64,000 nucleotides of DNA. Source: Octopus vulgaris (Eukaryota). How positions within the stretch are numbered: position 1 is the stretch's first letter; each line of letters begins with the position of its first letter. The stretch lies in assembly GCA_951406725.2 (NCBI GenBank), contig OX597816.1:85064001-85128000 (forward strand), in the 5' to 3' direction. This document shows, piece by piece, positions 1-12,179 of this stretch. Below the pieces are notes generated by a model that saw only the letters and a list, made by a program, of their open reading frames with translations, made no database searches and was not told where the DNA came from. Made by a program: the position numbers and the translations under genes.

Positions 1-999
1 ACTGAATCATCCAAAGTTCCTTCAATGTATATTTAATTAAAGAATCTATTTCGAGTATTACTTTCTAAGAATTACAAAAACTTACTTTAAGAGGTTAAAC
101 TAATTAATGATGTTTGACGTTGAGAGCGTACGATTCATATTTAAAGTGCTTATGTTTAGGCTTAAGATGATTACTTTGAATGTACCCATAACTTTTGAAA
201 GGGTTCCATTTAATGGCTTAACTGAAGCTGGAAAATGCTTGTAGAACATAAAGACAGATCAGAAGATCATTTGTTGTTTTGAACAATCTCTTATGCATAG
301 TTCTTCATATTTTAACGAATGCTATACATATATTACATTAAAGAATGCTATACATACCTTATCAAAGTGTAAGAGGAACAATTTTGATTTTTAATATCCT
401 ATAGTGATTCATTTTGGTTAAAACGTTATGCCAGCATTGAGATTTCTTTTCTTGACATATATTGTCATTGATATCTTAGAATCTATTGCTTCAATGCCAT
501 GAAAATATTCTCAAGTATTAAAGTAGTATTAAAAGTTTGTCATTCAAGGAAGTAAACTACCATAAAGCAACGCAAGAGATACGTTTTATCTCTTAATTCC
601 TTGATTAATAATTTAAATGACAAATACAATATTGACCAGCACTATCTCATCTGTCTGTGAATTAATTTTATACATATTGACAAATATATGATATTTGGCT
701 TAAGGTTTGGGAAATACAATATAAAATCTAATAATTCGCTCGAGATTACAGACACAATTAGAAAAACATCAAACTACTTCAGTTTCAATAACTTCGTATT
801 GATTTTTATCCAAATTGCTAACCCATCATTGGTCAAAGTTTATAATATATCAATAGGCTGAAACTGAATACTTTATGTTAACATTATTAAGTTCATCCAT
901 CCTAAATCTGAAGATGATAAGGTAATCATATTTAGACAGTGTGTCTTCTTATGTGGTTTATTAGACTAATTTTGGCCAAACTCCGCAGTTACAATTGGG

Positions 1000-2030
1000 T
1001 TACGTAAAAGTAGAATCAGGACACTATGAAAATGTTCGTCTTCTTGTTCCCCTTTAGTCTTTCTGCATACCCCTCTGGTCATATCATATTCAGATTGCCG
1101 TACTCCAGAGTACACAATATTTAACCAGCGTGAGATGCTTCCAAGTAGACTGCTCTAAGTTACAGTTGTCTTGATCGTGTCTTTGGATTTTTTCTTTGGT
1201 CCACCATGTTACCGAGAGCTAGCAACTAGTTCACCAAAGAAATTTTTCTGGGAATCTAAATTCGGGAATGCGTGTTTCATATCTACGCCACTTCATGGAA
1301 TTTGCTCAGGAATGTTCTGTGGAACAAAGTTGTATTAGGAATTTTACACTGAAACACCGGCCGTTAAGAATTTTTCGCGAATATTTTGGATGAAATTAAT
1401 TTTTTGCCATGTTTTTAACAAAGTATTCAGGTCTCACACCCATTACGTGAATGTAGTGTAGCCTCCATATCAGCTTTGTATTTATCAACATCTCTTTCAT
1501 AGTCAGACCAAGTCTTTTCTAACATGCCGAAAGCAGGGCTGGTTTTGCTACCCTTGCATACTCTTCATAATCAATGTGAATACTCCTTGTGACAGTGCTC
1601 ATCCAAGGTAAGGGAATCTCTTTGTATTTTAGAGTAGTTCAATGTTGAATGTCAGAAGAGGTTCAATATAAGATTTTCCGGGAGCTTGCCACCGGTCTTT
1701 CTGTTACTCTTTATACGGCCGACGTTAACCCAAGATGTAGTTAAGTTGAGTAAGATCTATTGAAAACCTGCATTAGAGTTTGCATCCAGAGCACAATCAT
1801 CCCCCAAAACAGTTCCCTTGTGGTTTAACGTTTTGCTTTGTGACGGTTTATGTTATACTGATAACTATCATATCTGTATCTGTTCTTGATTCCGGGTGTT
1901 ACATATACCCTATTATTGAATGAAATTAAATCAAGTACCAATAAAGTAGTAATATTTTTTTTTTGCATCATAAGAGGAAGTGCGGCACCAATTACACAAT
2001 GAAGGGCCTCAGGTATTGGCATGAAGAAGT
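1000..2030 (-). mobile_element. Decayed RTE-clade LINE, reverse transcriptase C-terminal region
   Basis: Minus-strand translations give RFPYLG (~1600-1620) and FFGELVASSR*HGGPKKKSKDTIK (~1170-1245), resembling the RTE motif YGEL..G.R..GGPKKRYKD. Contains stops and frameshifts; boundaries approximate. Confidence 0.7.
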
Positions 2031-2700
2031 TATTCGTAAACTAGAAAGCTTCTTGCAGTTAACTAAAGACAGTGTGGTGGTTTTCGTGTGAGTTACGTAT
2101 CATAACGCTGAAGAAGAGTTCAGCTTGTGCAGTTTCCGACAACTAAATTACTCACAAACACAAACATAACACACAGACATACATAGACACACACAGAGGC
2201 ATGTACACAAAATATGTATTCATAATGTACATGATATACTGACATACACGTCGGTATTTCATCAGCGACATATTAATTTCTTAAACAATCAACAGCACAC
2301 TATAATATATAAAATCCATGTCTGTAAATAGATACTCAGTACTGCTCTAGTAGGAAGTAAGTATCTATAAATTCTACTTACCGAAGATTTGTTTTTTAAT
2401 TAAAATGTATTCGGTTCAATAGACAGATCATTTTCAAATTACTCTTTGAATATTATCTTCCATATTGAGGATGAAATTGTTATACAATAATTTTATAAAA
2501 GTGCGTGCCTAATGCACAGTATAACAGATTATGTATTAATCATGCTACTCATAGTTTTGTTGTGTAGACGATATATACAAACTTACATACCTATATAAAT
2601 ATATACATATTTGTATATATATGTATCTATATAGATATAAATGTGTATAAAAATACATGGACATATAAACATGTCTATATGTACATATGCATGTACATGC

Positions 2701-2737
<37 letters not shown>

Positions 2738-3040
2738 TACACATATATGCGTGTATATATATATATAATATATATATATAATATATATATATATAAAACT
2801 TATATCTATAGAGAGGGAGAAAGACAGAGACAAAGAGAGAGAGAGAGCATAAAAGATGGCATTAAATCTGTACTCCTTTATTACACATGTAATCCCTGAT
2901 AATCTCTCATTGCAGTAATTATATGAAAAAGAAAAAAAAAACAGAAGCATCCTGTATTACACAACTTGCAGAAATAAAATTACGTTACTAAGCTGACCCG
3001 AATTAAAGAAAAACCAAAAGAAAGAGAAATGTGAATATGT

Positions 3041-3191
3041 AGGCAGAGGTGTGGTACGATGTTTGCTTACCATCCAAATGGTTCCGTGTTCATTCCCAGT
3101 GATTGACACATTGGACATGGGCCTACATCTAAAGACTCAGGCCAAACAAAGCCTTGTGAGTGTATTGGTAGGCAGAAACAGAAAGGAGCTC
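3041..3191 (+). mobile_element. tRNA-derived SINE family A, 5' half (degraded)
   Basis: Aligns by eye to the 5' half of the copies at 5231-5638 and 53271-53664 (GGTTCCGTGTTCATTCCCA...AAAGCCTTGTGAGTG...GAAACAGAAAG). Confidence 0.7.
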
Positions 3192-3241
3192 ATCATAAAT
3201 ATGTATATTTATATGTATATGCATATGTATATGTATTTGTG

Positions 3242-3350
<109 letters not shown>

Positions 3351-3372
3351 GCACACACACATATATATGTAT

Positions 3373-3429
<57 letters not shown>

Positions 3430-3626
3430 GTGAGAATTTACAAAAAGAAAGATAAAACAAACGACGAAAAGGTGTGCGTAAACAACAAGCAGCTGTATTA
3501 GTTTAACGCTCGGGAACTGAGAAAGTGTTTTAGATTTCGAGCCTAAATTCTTCGACAGAAAGGAACAAGGAAATAAACACAGAGAGAAAACAGAAAAAGG
3601 TTTAGTGGCTAGCGATAAATCATGGC

Positions 3627-3695
<69 letters not shown>

Positions 3696-3872
3696 GTATA
3701 ATAAGATGTTAAATAATTATTAATTTTAAAATCAACAATTATTTCCGGGTAGATTTCGGTATGGAAATATAACCATTATCGATAGGAACTTTTAAAAAAA
3801 GTTATATATATATATATATATACATGTAGGAATATATATGTACTTATATACATATACATATATATATAAGTA

Positions 3873-3911
<39 letters not shown>

Positions 3912-3912
<1 letters not shown>

Positions 3913-3965
3913 TTGAAAAAAATCAAAGTAGAAAATGCTAAAATAATTTTATAAAAACATTTCAG
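3912..3965 (-). mobile_element. ~55-nt retroelement-like tail fused to the U6 3' end (copy 1)
   Basis: Minus strand reads CTGAAATGTTTTTATAAAATTATTTTAGCATTTTCTACTTTGATTTTTTTCAAT; near-identical to 4135-4190 (+) and 13185-13236 (-). Confidence 0.85.
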
Positions 3966-4072
3966 AAAAATATGGAACGCTTCATGAGTTTGCGTGTCAT
4001 CCTTGCGCAGGGGCCATTCTAATCTTCTCTGTATCGTTCTAATTTTAGTAAATGTACTGCCGAAGCAAGTTC
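3966..4072 (-). pseudogene. U6: Full-length U6 snRNA retropseudogene (107 nt)
   Basis: Reverse complement reads GAACTTGCTTCGGCAGTACATTTACTAAAATTAGAACGATACAGAGAAGATTAGAATGGCCCCTGCGCAAGGATGACACGCAAACTCATGAAGCGTTCCATATTTTT. The ACAGAGA box is intact, the AGC triad is changed to AGA, there are several other substitutions, and no upstream promoter (upstream DNA is another U6 fragment). Confidence 0.93.
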
Positions 4073-4091
4073 CAATTTTAGATATGTACTG
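4071..4091 (-). pseudogene. U6: Short U6 fragment (about nt 14-35)
   Basis: Reverse complement CAGTACATATCTAAAATTGGA matches U6 CAGTACATATACTAAAATTGGA with one base missing. Confidence 0.75.
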
Positions 4092-4134
4092 GCGCAAGGA
4101 TGACACGCAAATTCGTGAAGCGTTCCATATTTTT
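4092..4134 (+). pseudogene. U6: U6 snRNA 3' fragment (about nt 65-107)
   Basis: GCGCAAGGATGACACGCAAATTCGTGAAGCGTTCCATATTTTT matches the conserved metazoan U6 3' end. Confidence 0.93.
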
Positions 4135-4190
4135 CTGAAATATTTTTTCATAAAAATATTTTAGTATTTTCTACCTTGACTTTTTTCCAT
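4135..4190 (+). mobile_element. Same ~55-nt tail fused to the U6 3' end (copy 2)
   Basis: CTGAAATATTTTTTCATAAAAATATTTTAGTATTTTCTACCTTGACTTTTTTCCAT, followed by a short (AT)n. Confidence 0.85.
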
Positions 4191-4226
4191 ATATATCAAA
4201 TCGTGTCTTCCTTTTCAACCTTCAAC

Positions 4227-4290
<64 letters not shown>

Positions 4291-4404
4291 TTTTAAAAGT
4301 CTTTGCAAAAATTACTTGATATAACTTTACAAACTATAGAAAGGTCCTTTTAGAAGATCTTTTTATAAAAAAAAAGTTCTAAATTCTTTATAATAACTAC
4401 ACTA

Positions 4405-4523
4405 ACCGATAGATTAAGTACAAGGCTTCAAAATAAATGTCCTAGGGTGTATTTCTTCGACTAAACCCTTTAAGATGGTGCCCCGTAGTCAAATGATTGA
4501 TGCAAGTAGAAGATAAAAGATAA
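4405..4523 (+). mobile_element. SINE family A, 3' half
   Basis: ACCGATAGATTAAGTAC...TTCGACTAAA...GTCAAATGATTGA...AGATAAAAGATAA matches the 3' end of 53271-53664. Confidence 0.7.
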
Positions 4524-5230
4524 CAGATGTATATATAAAGTATGAATTAAGCCTATGTTTGTATGGCATTAAATCTATTATAACGCATCCATCAAAAAAT
4601 TGCACACAGTCATGGCAGCGCCTCAGGATTATACAATGTTTATTATTTCAACATCATGTGCGTAAATATAAAGATTATGGGACCGGTTAATTTCCTTCTA
4701 CATAAAAGTGGCCATTAGCAAAACAGTATTCCTCAAGATTCAATCCAATAACAGTCAACGTTTGTCCTTAGGATTTATTGATTTATATGCCAAAGCATTA
4801 ATATTCTGGCAATTGACGATATATATCTGGAAAAGGAACATCTGTTGTTATTCGTAGAATTCTCAGAATAAATGTATGCTTTGTTAGCTGCATTAAGTCA
4901 CAATAAAACTCTGGATGACGTGTGATATAGGCTTTTCCAACATCGAACCTTTGCTAGTGCATAACTGCCCAGCAAACAAATACTATAATGATTGTCTCCT
5001 GAACGTTGTGAATTTTGGTTAATTTTCAGGAAAACAATGAAAATCGAAACCCCCTTAAATCATCCTTTTCTCAAAAAATTGTACATTAATGATTTTCATG
5101 TAGTTAGGTTGAGCGAAACCATTATATTTTTATTTTCGCTGCAAGGGCTGATTGTGAATTCATCTGTGTATTTTCTTTCCATGAAACTAGACATCGTTTT
5201 AACTTGAGCAAGGTTATCTTCAGCAAGGTT

Positions 5231-5638
5231 ACTCTTTTACTCTTATACTTGTTTCAGTCATTTGACTGCGGCCATGCTGGAGCACCGCCTTTAGTCGAGC
5301 AAATAGACCCCGGGACTTATTCTTTGTAAGCCCAGTACTTATTGTATCGGTCTCTTTTGCCGAACCGTTAAGTGACGGGGACGTAAACACACCAGCATCG
5401 GTTGTCAAGCAATGCTAGGGGGACAAACACCGACAAACACACACACACATAAATATATATATATATACATATATACGACAGGCTTCTTTCAGTTTCCGTC
5501 TACCAAATCCACTCACAAGGCATTGGTCAGCCCGGGGCTATAGCAGAAGACACTTGCCCAAAGTGCCACGCAGTGGGACTGAACCCGGAACCATGTGGTT
5601 GGTTAGCAAGCTACTTACCACACAGCCACTCCTGCGCC
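5231..5638 (-). mobile_element. Full-length tRNA-derived SINE family A
   Basis: Minus-strand head GGCGCAGGAGTGGCTGTGTGGTAAG (A box) and GGTTCAGTCCC (B box), an internal (TA)/(TG) tract and a repeat tail (AAGAGTAAAAGAGT). Homologous to 53271-53664. Confidence 0.9.
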
Positions 5639-5992
5639 TATCAATATTTATGCCATATCTGAAGCGGATTGGATGACCCGCCATATTTTAATATGACGAA
5701 AATTCGGTAAAATGTCTGGATGTTTTAGATATACGAGTTTCTTATTGTTGGATAATTCTTTAGCAAGTTATGTACGAAACTTGTCTTTTTATAGTTAACG
5801 TATATTTCGACTTTGTTTATCTAAGAGATATGAAAACCTGAACTTTCCATTGAAAGGCGAGTTTATAGACGGAAGTATGTTGATGCGTAAAAATTATGCA
5901 CTCTACCAGTAGTACCACCAAATCTTATGTCAAGCTAACCTTCAGCCGGCACACTGTGCACTCTTTGACTTCGTTATTTATTATTTATTATC

Positions 5993-6373
5993 TAGTGTGA
6001 TAGTATCTCGACTTCGTCGGTCACGAATGACCATAGGTGCATCTAAGAGGTTCCTCTCCGGGGTACAAGTCTGGGCGGAAAGTCGCCTCACAGACGAACG
6101 CACAATCTAGAGTTATTTTTATGGAAGATCAGCTGTCGCCCATGGATACCAGATTCCCCTCTCCACGCCACCGATGTTATCCAAGAGAAAGGCCCAGACC
6201 GATACAGCTTGGCACCAGTGACGTCGCAGCTCATTTCTACAGCTGAGTGAACTGGAGCAACGTGAAATAAAGTGTCTTGTTCAAGAACACAACATGCAGC
6301 TCGGTCCGCGAATCGAACTCACAACGTCACGATCATAAGCTCGACACACTAACCACTGAGTCATGCATCTTCA
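5993..6373 (-). mobile_element. tRNA-derived SINE family B
   Basis: Minus-strand head TGACTCAGTGGTTAG...GAGTTCGATTC. Shares TTTATTTCACGTTGCTCCAG...CTCAGCTG with 23033-23330. Confidence 0.8.
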
Positions 6374-7377
6374 TAGTATGACACTACTCGATGTAATTTA
6401 AAAGTTTTTCAAAGAGGACCATATTAATATTGATGAAAAATTATGTAAACGTTGTGCTTCTTAGATTTTGTGCTTACTGTGAATTAGCTAATCACGTGAA
6501 GTAAATTAGTGGAATATTTTCCAGATTGTCGACTGACTGTTGAACTTTGGAGTAATTTTAAAAGTAGAGAAGAGGAAAAGTGAAACAAAGCTTCATCGTC
6601 GCGTATTAATTGTCTTTGCTTGACATATCAGGATATGGGTTCCCTCAGAGTAGATGTTTTATTATGCCAGGGAAAATATTCCAACGTTATAAGATGATAT
6701 ATTTGTAGAATATTTTACCAAATATATTGAATAGAAGTAATCGAACTCAATAACTCGGTAGAAAAAGATCCATCGGTTGTATGTTTTGCGCTGCACAACT
6801 AATGATTTGTAACCGCCGTTCTTGAACATAAGACAAGTATCCATGTTCATATAACTTGTTCTTCACAAATGGATCAGAAATTTCGTTGTACAGTTGTTAT
6901 ATCATACGTAAGAGTTTTCTTATTGAAAGTATCATAGTGACCATTAGCGGAATGCGTTTTAACAATATTTAAGAACTCTGATCCCGTGGATGGGTCTGGA
7001 CGCTCTGGAAAGAAGATGGAAATAATTTGGTAGAAATGAATATTATTTATAAAACAGACTGAACTGTATGTATGTGTCAAATCTTTTTTTTCTTGTCTCT
7101 GTTAATGGAGAATTCGTTTGAGCAAGAAATACATTTGGCCATATACTTTATTTGGTTAAATGACAGTCTGTTGTTATATCATAATCAGCAGCAATTCTAC
7201 AATAACTACGTCTACTGCTGAAATGTTCATATATGCTGGAAATTATTGCGGAAGAGAGAAAGGGAAAATGAAGTAGAAATTTAAAGAATCGTTGATAGTA
7301 TAAGAGCAATGATTTAAAACAAAGAAAGTTTCTGAAAGTTCGCGCGCCCGAGTGAGAGAGAAGGGGTAGGAGAGAAT

Positions 7378-7412
<35 letters not shown>

Positions 7413-8156
7413 TTAAGAGGAAAAAGTGGTCATAAATAAAGAGAATAGTTGGAAATGCAAAGATTTTAACGGAAGCAGGCAGTGGGTCTGAATAATAATA
7501 TTTATTCCCTCCATCATTGTAGAGTGAACAGATATCAGCGAAAGTTACATAACAAACGAAAAGGGGAAGATAAGATGGATATGCGCATAGACGAACGTTC
7601 TTCATTAAATAATAGATTTACATATTCTAACCAAGGCTGTGTATATATGAAAGTGTAATTGGTTTCTTGAAAGAAATGGCAGCATTAGCTCGACAACATT
7701 TAATCTTGTTTTAGTATTTCATGAGCAACCGATTAACTTCTGTAACTGTCAACAGAATACTGAGAACTCTTACAAATTATGGCTGCGTTAAATGGGCTAT
7801 TTTTCTATGCTCTCCTTTATTACATAATACATTTTTGTTTCGAATTTTAGAATCACTGCATGTATACATGTGTTATTTATAATATCTTTGAGTTCAGTGA
7901 ATGCTAATTACACAAAATAGTTTCACTTCTGTATTGAAATTCCATCACCGATCGAGTTCATTCTTAATTGTCCACGGACTTCGAAGTTTTGACCAGCTAA
8001 ACTATCATCGTACAATCCCATGTTGACTTAGCTGGCCGAAAGTGCGTATTCACTGTGAATGCTATTGTGGTTAAAGAATAAATTTCTACTCTATCAACTG
8101 TATTGGGCATTCCTTCAGTTTAGTGTAAGACTACTTACATTACAGCATATAAACAG

Positions 8157-8541
<385 letters not shown>

Positions 8542-8809
8542 CGCCACGATTGCGAAGGGACTCAGTCCGCTGCTTCCCGCCGAGGCTCCGTCGTCGCCGA
8601 CGAACGCGCCGGTGGCGTATTCTCTTCTGATCTCTCGTCGCGACCCGTTCTCGTTGGGCTGGCAGGCGCGTGACGTCCGCAGGTATGTAAATGAACTGCA
8701 CCTGTTGTCGAACGCTGAGAGTGACAAATACCAGCTTAAAGTCAAATGGACACAGGCAGACACACACGCACACACACATACACACACTCACTCACACACA
8801 CACATATAT

Positions 8810-8958
8810 AGGTTCTGTAAATGAATTTCATTCACAAAGCATTAGTGACCCAAAGCTTTGTTAGAAGGTACTTGGCGAATGGGCCACGCAGTGGGATTGT
8901 GCCCGAAGCCACGTGGTTATAAAGTGCGCCTATTAATCACAGAGTTATGTGCGTACCT
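8810..8958 (-). mobile_element. SINE family A, degraded 5' part
   Basis: CACAAAGCATTAG...GCCACGCAGTGGGATTG...CCACGTGGTT is similar to 5510-5638. Confidence 0.65.
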
Positions 8959-10199
8959 ATATGTATATTGATAATATTCCATGTGTCTGTGTAAAAATAT
9001 ATCTATATCCGTATATCTTCATCTGTTTGTTAATGGGTGTGTATGAGTGTGATTTTTTGGAAACGGAATCTAGGCTACGTCCTGATGTAGCCTAGATGTT
9101 TCGGGGGAAAATGAAATTGCTAAAACGGAATTTAGATTTTTAAACAGAAATTCTAAAGCCAATAGTATTTATATATATTTTATTGTGTTTTGTGTCCTTT
9201 AAATATTTTCTCAATTGGAATCTCAATACAATGAGGTTTTTACTTACTTTATATTTCGAACGATTAAATTAAAGAATGCAATGCGGCGAAAGACATACAT
9301 ACACGTAATTGAGTATATACATTTCATGCAAAACTTTGGTTTATGTCTCTACTATAGTAATCAATCAGTTTTTACATTGGGGTCCGATCTTCAAAACGAC
9401 CGATGATCGGTTAACTTTTCTAAGTTGATATAGTAACTTTCATGTATTTTTCAGAAACATTCATTTCTTGAATTAAAGCGAAAACGGCAAGTTGATTTTT
9501 ACGTTGTCAAATATTTCCCCAACAATTTAGATTATGTTCTAATGTATGGGTGCATAAATAACTGTCGATGTAGTTTTAAAAGATTTTTTACCTCACATAT
9601 CCAATGTAATTATTAGAACCATAATGTGAATAGTTTTCATGTTCGAAAGTTATATATTTGAATTATATTTCAATAAAACAATCGTCATTTCAAATTTATT
9701 CAAATATAATATTTAAAAAATGAGGAATATCTTTTATGTGTCTTTAAAAAAAATTCGGAAATAATTTGTTTCGTTTATTATTATTTACACAAGTTGATGA
9801 TTATGTTTAATGTATTTATCTTAAAGTTAAATTAGCCTTAATAATATATTACCATTCTAAGAAAATTAAATTCGTGAAGAGTGTACAATGATTGTTTTAC
9901 AGATTTTGTGGTTGTGGTTTTTATACTTCGTGGTATTGATAACGAATGAAATGTTATAATAAAATGAAATTTAAAATTATTTGTAGACAGCAAAGTCTAC
10001 AATTACGCAATTAAAAGAAAAATCAATTGAAACAGATAATTTGAAGAAGAATAAATAAAGAATAACATAAAGCAAATTAAGTAATTAGGCAAAATCGAAT
10101 AAAATATGCGTGACACTCAGTACAATAGTTAAACAACAATGAAATAGTCACCAATTCTATGATATCAATTTCATATTAACAATGCAAAAATGAAATATA

Positions 10200-10772
10200 C
10201 ACAGACATGCAGGAAGTAAATAGACACCTTTAATTTTCGAAATCTTTTATTTGATATTAATTGCGTGAACGAGAGGTTTTCTTCTAGCTGCTCGTCCATA
10301 TGACCCAAGCTTATGTAGATATGTAACACTCGTTCTTCGACTAACTTCTAGCTGTTTTGCAATGTCAGAAGCCTTCGAACGGGGGTTTGTTTCCCACAAT
10401 TCTCTTCAAACAGCAAGCTTCCTTTCCGAGGGCCCAGGTCGGCTGGGACGAGAATCTGTTGATTCGTTTCCTTGTTTTTTGAATTGCACTATAATTCTAT
10501 TAACAGTAGCAAAAGGAATTTGAAGATTTTCGCCAATGTTTCACTGGCTCCGCCTCAGATTTCCCAACAATACGACCTCTTTCAAAATCTGACAGTTCTG
10601 CTGACTTTTTGTGCGTGGCATGGTTACTCTTGGGAAAAGTTTAATATAATGGCACCTGGAATGAAAAAAGAATAATTACATTGTAAATTATACACCGCTG
10701 AAAACATATTAAGACGCTTAGATCAGAAATTTTGAAAATTAAAAGTGTCTATTTATTTCCTGCATGTCAGTG
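10200..10772 (-). mobile_element. Internally deleted Tc1-family transposon with both TIRs and TA target duplication
   Basis: Left end TA|CACAGACATGCAGGAAGTAAATAGACACCTTT; right end reverse complement TA|CACTGACATGCAGGAAATAAATAGACACTTTT (32 bp, 3 mismatches). The minus strand encodes frameshifted transposase N-terminal pieces (SAELSDFERGRIVG; [14 protein letters not shown]; LHKLGSYGRAARRKPL). Confidence 0.88.
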
Positions 10773-12179
10773 TATATACAATATCTTATTGCCATGAATC
10801 AGATTCTGTATTTGCCGCAGACCGAAGCGTTTGGTGGGCTTTTATTCCCGGTGTCTACGATTTCCCATTATCTGATATCGTATAAAATGTAACTGTTTTA
10901 ATATTCCATTTGTTTTTAATGTCTCTTATATCGTTATCCTCATTATATAATGCGTTGAGACTTAAAGGTGTTCATACCGAAGCTGGTCCGCAGGTTAAAC
11001 CAATTTATCTCACGTAAATCAAAACAGAATGAATGGTAAAAAATATTACATTTACATTATAGTCCACAGGAACACTAAATTGATAGGCAATATTGCTTGT
11101 GATTTCTGTTTGTATAGAGTATTTTTTTGAAATCATTTTGGTCGGGCCTCTTCCCCAAAGAGAAGTGCTACTTAAACATCTGTCTGACAAACAGTGACCA
11201 TAACTGTTCATCGTCAGAGAATTGCTGGAGATATTGCATCCTGAGTACATGTCTGCGCATCATGACTCACGGTATGTTAGACCCTCTACTCAGAGGGTGT
11301 TGACAACAAATGGAATAATTACATGGTGAAACGTGTTTCCCTACCACAGTAAGTAGAAGAGAAAACGATCTAGCCCCATCAAATGTGAACGGGACATAGT
11401 CCAACATTCAGCTGGTAATATAGACGGAGGGGATCTAAACCATCACCACCTCTTCCTTACATTCAAGACATACATTTCCAGGTAGTGTGATTACATTAGT
11501 AAATATTTGGTAGTGAAATTCCTTTTTTTCTACTGATCTACACGTATACATTTATATATGAGAATTCGTTGATCTTGCAAGGGATTGTGGAATTGTCAAG
11601 TTTAAGCTGAAACAAAGAAATTAATCTCATATGTCTCTCATCTAAAATCTGCACATACTGAATTATCTTTGAAAGGGAATACTAGGTGTTTATAATTCTG
11701 ATACTATGCAACTTCTCTCCCGAAACAGTATATGCGTGACAGACACTCTTAAAATCAACTATATTTTAAGGTCTGATGAGAATGGTAGTAGGGAAAAAAA
11801 TTCATTTATTAATGAATTGACAGATTGTTTGCATCGTTACGTGTACGAACCAATGTATATAGTGATGAAATACATTCTCAAGCCGTTCAATGTGATTGTA
11901 AAATTGATGTAGATTTGTACCATTGTCTTCATGTTTTTCGTCTGACCGTTATTATATTCTGAGAGAAATGCAACAACCGATTAACTGGTGAATCCTCGGG
12001 ATTTACAACTTGTATGGAACGTCCTGTGGATATGCTATTTATGGATCACGCTTTTACTCACTTGACAATCTGTTAATTTGGTTTTCCGCCTGGTGACTAA
12101 GGTATTCTCATGATCTAATTGAAGTATATTTATGGATAAATCGCTGCTTTCTGTCAACTATACATATATATTTTTTATC

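Noticed and set aside
3966-4072. Functional U6 snRNA gene
   Set aside because: The AGC catalytic triad is mutated, there are other substitutions, no upstream promoter region is present, and it is fused to a repeat tail.
5560-5638. tRNA genes (A/B-box sequences here and at ~6300-6373, 46960-47032 and 53271-53340)
   Set aside because: These are SINE heads continuing into shared SINE bodies, with no complete cloverleaf.
6662-7080. Minus-strand ORFs with an acceptor-like site near 7003
   Set aside because: Short, needs frameshifts to join, and has no recognisable domain.
11118-11271. Exon-shaped plus-strand segment (AG...GTATGT) reading YFFEIILVGPLPQREVLLKHLSDKQ*P*LFIVRELLEILHPEY
   Set aside because: Two in-frame stops and no recognisable family. 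It could be a pseudo-exon but cannot be supported without a homology search.
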